From Deltaproteobacteria bacterium (GTDB lineage Bacteria > Myxococcota_A > UBA9160 > SZUA-336): 64,000 nt of DNA. The stretch lies in contig JAFDDB010000003.1 of assembly GCA_019311115.1 (NCBI GenBank), positions 11,852 through 75,851 on the forward strand, written 5' to 3'. The translations under genes and the position numbers were made by a program. The notes beneath the pieces are model-generated. The model did no database searches and was not told the DNA's origin. It was given only the letters and a program-made list of their open reading frames with translations. This document shows, piece after piece, positions 59,673-64,000 of the stretch (positions are counted from its first letter, which is position 1; each line of letters starts with the position of its first letter).

Positions 59673-60881
59673 ATGGATCTCCGATACACCGACGAGTACG
59701 AGGCGTTCCGCACCGAGGTCAAGGGCTTCCTCGACGGCCACTGGCCACTGAAGGGCGACGAGGCCAAGCTCGACCTCGAGCAGGGGCACGCCCTGTTCCG
59801 CCAGCGCGCCATCGAGGCGGGCTACCTGGCCCGCCGCATTCCCAAGGTCTACGGCGGCTCCGAGCAGGAGCCCGACGTGCTCAAGGCGACCATCATCAGC
59901 GAAGAGTTCGCACGCGCCGCGGCCCCGGGCGAGGCGATGGGCCTGGGACCCAACCTGCTGGTGCCGACCCTTCTCGACCACGGGGACCAGTGGCAGAAGG
60001 AGAAGTTCATCGGCCCGACGATGCGGGGAGAGATCCGCTGGTGTCAGGGCTACAGCGAGCCCGGCTCGGGAAGCGACCTGGCCTCGCTGCAGACCCGCGC
60101 CGAGCTCCAGGGCGACGAGTGGGTGATCAACGGGCAGAAGATCTGGACGAGCGGCGCGCAGGCCGCCGACTACATGTTCTGCCTCTGCCGCACCGAGCCC
60201 GACGTGTCCAAGCACGCCGGCATCTCGTACCTGCTGATCGACATGAAGCAGCCGGGCATCGAGGTGCGCCCGCTCAAGCAGATGACCGGCGACTCGCACT
60301 TCAACGAGGTGTTCTTTTCCGACGCCAAGACACCCGCCGACTGGATCGTGGGCGAGCGCGGACAGGGCTGGATCGTGTCGCGCTCCACGCTGAAGCACGA
60401 GCGGAACATGATCGGAAACGCGTCGCGGACCGAGGGTCTGTTCCGCTCCGTCCTCAAGCTGGCGCAGCGCAGCCGGGTCGGCGGCAGGCCCGCGATCGAA
60501 GATCCGGCGATCCGGCGCCGCCTCGCGGAGCTCGAGGGCTACGTGATGGCGCACAAGTACTCCGGCTACCGGCTGCTGACGCACTCGGCGCGCGGGCAGG
60601 ATCCGGGCATCATGCAGTCGATGAACAAGCTGTTCACCACCAACTTCGGCCACGAAATCGCGAAGCTCTCGCTCGACCTGATCGGCGACGGCGGACTCGT
60701 CGGTCCCTCGGCGCGGGCCGGCCTGGCCGGGGCGGTGAGCGGCACGGGCGCCTGGGTGAACCAGTACATGGGATCGCTGGGGTCGGCGATCGCCGGCGGT
60801 ACCGCCAACATCCAGCGCAACATCATCGCCGAGCGCGGACTCGGCCTGCCGCGCGACCGGGCGGCCGAGACGAGCAAGTAA
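59673..60881 (+). CDS. acyl-CoA dehydrogenase
   Basis: RWCQGYSEPGSGSDLASLQTRAE...; typical ACAD length and motifs. Confidence 0.85.
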   Translation: MDLRYTDEYEAFRTEVKGFLDGHWPLKGDEAKLDLEQGHALFRQRAIEAGYLARRIPKVYGGSEQEPDVLKATIISEEFARAAAPGEAMGLGPNLLVPTLLDHGDQWQKEKFIGPTMRGEIRWCQGYSEPGSGSDLASLQTRAELQGDEWVINGQKIWTSGAQAADYMFCLCRTEPDVSKHAGISYLLIDMKQPGIEVRPLKQMTGDSHFNEVFFSDAKTPADWIVGERGQGWIVSRSTLKHERNMIGNASRTEGLFRSVLKLAQRSRVGGRPAIEDPAIRRRLAELEGYVMAHKYSGYRLLTHSARGQDPGIMQSMNKLFTTNFGHEIAKLSLDLIGDGGLVGPSARAGLAGAVSGTGAWVNQYMGSLGSAIAGGTANIQRNIIAERGLGLPRDRAAETSK

Positions 60882-60888
60882 CGATCCC

Positions 60889-62151
60889 TTGCCCGAACCT
60901 GGGGGCGATGAGTCGCGGCCCGGGTACGCGATGGCGGTCTGCGCCGCGATCGCCACGATCACCGTCGGGGCGCACGTCGCCACCGCGCTGATCTCGGCGC
61001 ACGGGGCCGGCGTCGGGCTCTCCGAGCTCGGCGCGTACTTCGACGGTCACCTCTACCTGGAGATCGCGCGCTCGTTCCCGCTTCCGTTCTCGCCGGACGG
61101 GCTCGACTACACCGGACAGGCCCCCGGCTACCCGGCGTTCGCATGGCTGCTCCGCGCGCTGCTTCCCGACGCCTGGATCGACTGGGGCGGCGTGCTGCTG
61201 CTGGCGTCGTGGCTGCCCGCGGGCGCGGCCACCGCGATCTTCTACGCGGTCTGCCGCGAGCTCGGCGCACCCGCACTCTGGCCGACGGCGCTGTTCGCGG
61301 TCGGCAACCCGCGCCTCTTCACCATGGCGGCCTCGTCGCACCCGGAGCCGCTGGCGCTCTGCCTGGCGCTGCTCGCCCTGCTCGCCTTCCTGCGCGGCCG
61401 CCTCGGCTGGTGCCTGGCCTGGATCACGCTGGCGGGCTTCACCCGCTTTGCGGCGTTCCTGGTGTTGGCGCCGCTGCTGGCCGCTACCGTGCTGCGCGAG
61501 CGCCGTCTCGATCTCCGCACGCTGGCGCTCTTCGCCATCCCGCCCGCGCTCTTCGCGCTCTACCTGGCCTACCTGCACGCCCGCGTGCCCGCCTTCGTCA
61601 GCGTCGCCGAGTCGCACCGGGTGTTCTGGCAGACGCACTTCACCTGGCCCTTCCGGGCGCTCGTCCGGAGCTTCGACTCCACGCTCTGGTCGAGCACGCA
61701 TCCGAGCTTCCAGCTGACCTACGCCTCGCTCGGGTTCTACCTGGCGATGCTCGGCGCCGGCGTCACGATGGCGCTGCGCTCGCGGCGGCCGGAGACGTGG
61801 CTGCTCACGCTGTGGATCGCCATCGTGCTGGGCGTACACGTGTCGCTGGCGGGGGTGCTGGGAGCCTGGGACTTCATGCGCCTCACCGCCCTCGCCTGGC
61901 CCGCCGCACTGCTCCTGCTCGCGGTCGCGGTCGGACGCGACCTGCCGCGCGGCGCCGCGGCCGCACTCACCGTCCTGCTGCTCTGCGGAAGCGGGCTCTA
62001 CGCCCGCGCGCAGATGACCGAGGCCGCGGCCTGGCAACGCGACTCGCAAGCCTGGTTCCTGCCCGAGACCCTCGCGACCCTGGACTCGAACGAACCGCGC
62101 TGGATCGACTTCCGGGCCCGGGCGGCGGCGACGTCTCGGGGCGAGCCCTAG
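60889..62151 (+). CDS. polytopic integral membrane protein (possible GT-C-like glycosyltransferase)
   Basis: ~11 hydrophobic segments. No family confidently recognised. Confidence 0.5.
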   Translation: MPEPGGDESRPGYAMAVCAAIATITVGAHVATALISAHGAGVGLSELGAYFDGHLYLEIARSFPLPFSPDGLDYTGQAPGYPAFAWLLRALLPDAWIDWGGVLLLASWLPAGAATAIFYAVCRELGAPALWPTALFAVGNPRLFTMAASSHPEPLALCLALLALLAFLRGRLGWCLAWITLAGFTRFAAFLVLAPLLAATVLRERRLDLRTLALFAIPPALFALYLAYLHARVPAFVSVAESHRVFWQTHFTWPFRALVRSFDSTLWSSTHPSFQLTYASLGFYLAMLGAGVTMALRSRRPETWLLTLWIAIVLGVHVSLAGVLGAWDFMRLTALAWPAALLLLAVAVGRDLPRGAAAALTVLLLCGSGLYARAQMTEAAAWQRDSQAWFLPETLATLDSNEPRWIDFRARAAATSRGEP

Positions 62152-62591
62152 CCCTGGTGGGCTGGCTCCGAGGCCTCGAGCTGTCCGATCAGCTCGAGCA
62201 GCCTCTGGCGCTCGACCACGACGGTGAGCGCGGCCATCCCCGCCAGGCAGACGAGGCTCCCGATCATCACGCGCACGAGCAGGATCATCACGCCGGTGCT
62301 GAAGGCGAGGTTCCGCGTGACGCCCTCGTGCAGGATCTGCTCGACGTCGGTCTTCGGCTTGATGGCCTTGAGGATCGGCAGGTACGGACGGTACAGGTCG
62401 GCGAGCGCGGCGACCGGGCGGTCCCACGCCTGCTGCTCCCGCGGGTCGGCGCGCGGGTCGAACGTCTTGACCGCCCAGACGACGTAGGCGGCGCCGAGCA
62501 GGACGAGCACGATGCCGAGGCCGCTCGAGATGCGTTGGCCTCGCCTCAACCCCACGAGCCAGGTCGCCTGCTTCTCGGTCAGCTCAGCCAT
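62148..62591 (-). CDS. hypothetical membrane protein
   Basis: Internal Met MAELTEKQ with two TM helices. The upstream part of track ORF 62148..62897 is junk overlapping the next gene. Confidence 0.45.
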   Translation of the reverse strand: MAELTEKQATWLVGLRRGQRISSGLGIVLVLLGAAYVVWAVKTFDPRADPREQQAWDRPVAALADLYRPYLPILKAIKPKTDVEQILHEGVTRNLAFSTGVMILLVRVMIGSLVCLAGMAALTVVVERQRLLELIGQLEASEPAHQG

Positions 62592-62928
62592 GCGCGCCGC
62601 GTCTCCACTGGTAGACCGCGAGGCGGATGCGCCCGCGGCCGTCGAACTCGATGCCTTCCTCTTCCAGCGCGGCCCGCTGCACCTCGTCGCCTCCCGGCCA
62701 GGTGCGCGGGCTGATTTCGCCCTTCGCGTTGACGACGCGCTGCCAGGGGACGTTTCGGTCGGCTGCGCGCTCTTCATTAAGCGAGTGCAGGGCGTAGCCG
62801 ACGAGGCGGGCGTGTCGCGGAAAGCCCGCGAGCCGCGCCACCTGGCCGTACGTGGCCACGCGCCCTCGGGGGATGCGCCGGACCACGGCGTAGACACGCC
62901 GGTAGGTGTCGGAACGCTCCGCGCTCAA
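62584..62928 (-). CDS. alkyltransferase-like (ATL) MGMT-family DNA-binding protein (active-site Cys replaced by Trp)
   Basis: RGRVATYGQVARLAG...NVPWQRVV matches the Ogt/MGMT wHTH and active-site loop, but PWQRV replaces PCHRV. 114 aa. Confidence 0.6.
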   Translation of the reverse strand: MSAERSDTYRRVYAVVRRIPRGRVATYGQVARLAGFPRHARLVGYALHSLNEERAADRNVPWQRVVNAKGEISPRTWPGGDEVQRAALEEEGIEFDGRGRIRLAVYQWRRGAHG

Positions 62929-63764
62929 GCGTACTTCTCGGCCCGCTCCAATGCCTCGGCGGCGCCGAGCAGTGAGACCATCTCGCCGAACGCGCGCGGA
63001 TCCTCGGCCGCTCGCACCGAGCCGGTCTCGTGCAGCTCGCGCATGGCGTCGCGCATCGCCAGGTATGCGACGCCCAGCGTGGCGATGTGGATCATCAGCT
63101 TGAAGCCGCGTTCCCCGATTGCGCCCGAGGGCTCGAGCTGGCCGTTGTACACGCAGGCCAGGTCGCCGAGCCGCTTCTGGTACTCGTCCAGGTCGGCCAC
63201 GGAGCGGATGCCGTCGACGAAGACGAGGTCGGCGCCCGCGTCGCTGTAGGCGCGCGCCCGCTTCTCGGCCTCGTCCCAGCCGTGCGGCTGGAGCGCGTCG
63301 GTGCGGGCGATGACGACGAAGTCCGGGTCTGCGCGCGCGTCGAGCGCGGCACGCAGCTTCGGCAGCATGTCGTCCATTGGAATGACTTCCTTACCCTGCA
63401 GGAAGCCGCAGCGCTTGGGCCAGACCTGGTCTTCGATGTGGAGCGCCGCCGCACCGGCGGACTCGTACTCGCCGACCGTGCGCGCCACGTTGAGCGCGTT
63501 GCCATAGCCGGTGTCCGCGTCGCAGATCACCGGGATGTCGACCGCACCCGCGATCGAGCGCGCGTTCGCGACCATCTCGGTCATCGTCAGCAGCCCGACG
63601 TCGGGGTAGCCGCGTGCGGCCGCCGTGCCGAAGCCCGTCATGTAGACGGCACTGAACCCCGCCTGCTCGGCCAGGCGCGCCTGCAGGCCGTCGAAGACGA
63701 AGGGCGCCATGACCATGCCGGGAGACTCCAGCGCCCGCCTCAGTACTCTCGTCGTCTCGCCCAT
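62925..63764 (-). CDS. isocitrate lyase / PEP mutase family enzyme (methylisocitrate lyase-like)
   Basis: VICDADTGYGN...ALHIEDQVWPKRCGFLQGKEVIP is the ICL/PEPM signature K-x-C-G-H-like region. Confidence 0.8.
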   Translation of the reverse strand: MGETTRVLRRALESPGMVMAPFVFDGLQARLAEQAGFSAVYMTGFGTAAARGYPDVGLLTMTEMVANARSIAGAVDIPVICDADTGYGNALNVARTVGEYESAGAAALHIEDQVWPKRCGFLQGKEVIPMDDMLPKLRAALDARADPDFVVIARTDALQPHGWDEAEKRARAYSDAGADLVFVDGIRSVADLDEYQKRLGDLACVYNGQLEPSGAIGERGFKLMIHIATLGVAYLAMRDAMRELHETGSVRAAEDPRAFGEMVSLLGAAEALERAEKYA

Positions 63765-63892
63765 CTACCCGCCACTCCTGTGCTTTCTTCGGGCCGTTCG
63801 AAGCGCCGCGAGTCTAGCGCGGGGCCATGATTCAAATCTTGACAGATCAGTACAGTTTGCGACCCTGCTCCGCGCAACACGCTGAGGAGACC

Positions 63893-64000
63893 ATGAGCAT
63901 ATCCCCCGATGCCGTTCTCGACGCACTCCGTCCGATCGAGGACCCCGACTTCAAGCGCTCGATCGTCGACCTGGGCTTCGTCAAGGACATCTCCATCGAA
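63893..64000 (+). CDS. Mrp/ApbC-type Fe-S cluster carrier (N-terminal DUF59 part only; runs off window end)
   Basis: MSISPDAVLDALRPIEDPDFKRSIVDLGFVKDISIE is the typical Mrp N-terminus. GGAGA RBS. Confidence 0.55.
   Translation, partial: MSISPDAVLDALRPIEDPDFKRSIVDLGFVKDISIE

Noticed and set aside
63838-63870. TTGACA hexamer upstream of the Mrp gene as a promoter
   Set aside because: No acceptably spaced -10 element (TACAGT is only 6 nt away). It is left as an AT-rich region only.

Overview
High-GC (~70%) bacterial chromosomal window. It is densely packed with many 1-4 nt start/stop overlaps (GTGA, TGATG) and is almost entirely core or peripheral metabolism. I found no phage, transposon, CRISPR, tRNA or rRNA genes. 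All coordinates derive from the ORF track by codon arithmetic, and start codons are the least certain part of every call.

Recognisable content, 5' to 3':
- aconitase (partial)
- a CcmH-like protein, a DUF309 protein and an orphan CheX-like protein
- a B12 module: single-chain methylmalonyl-CoA-mutase-family enzyme, MeaB GTPase, and a convergent PduO-type cobalamin adenosyltransferase
- pyrE
- a small Cys-rich SmtA-type metallothionein-like ORF followed by a triple hairpin repeat
- an SDR plus a conserved hypothetical
- modABC
- an OtsA-OtsB fusion
- a PuuD-like membrane protein convergent with a monoheme cytochrome c lipoprotein
- an orphan hisI
- a 1703-aa single-chain BC-BCCP-CT acyl-CoA carboxylase (LCC/eukaryote-like architecture)
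- a complete alternative complex III operon (actABCDEF), with an AT-rich perfect palindrome in its upstream region
- a histidine phosphatase, cstA, a SAM methyltransferase, and a GntR+SDR pair
- an MDR oxidoreductase, an EVE protein and fadD
- rpiB, an amidase, a class I aldolase, pyruvate kinase and sulfite/nitrite reductase
- an enoyl-CoA hydratase, an NSS transporter, a CBS protein, a TPP enzyme, a VOC protein, a DUF2007/zinc-ribbon protein and a GST
- a 4 x 21-nt tandem repeat between convergent genes
- MTHFR, an alpha/beta hydrolase, an LLM oxidoreductase, an enoyl-CoA hydratase, an SDR, a GntR, an MFS transporter, an esterase and an acyl-CoA dehydrogenase
- membrane proteins, an alkyltransferase-like (Trp-for-Cys) MGMT-family protein, a PEP-mutase/ICL-family enzyme, and the start of an Mrp/ApbC gene

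The most unusual items are the metallothionein-like ORF with repeated hairpins, the single-chain carboxylase, the ATL protein, the intragenic and intergenic tandem repeats, and the ACIII-upstream palindrome. I see no obviously novel multi-gene system such as a defence island.
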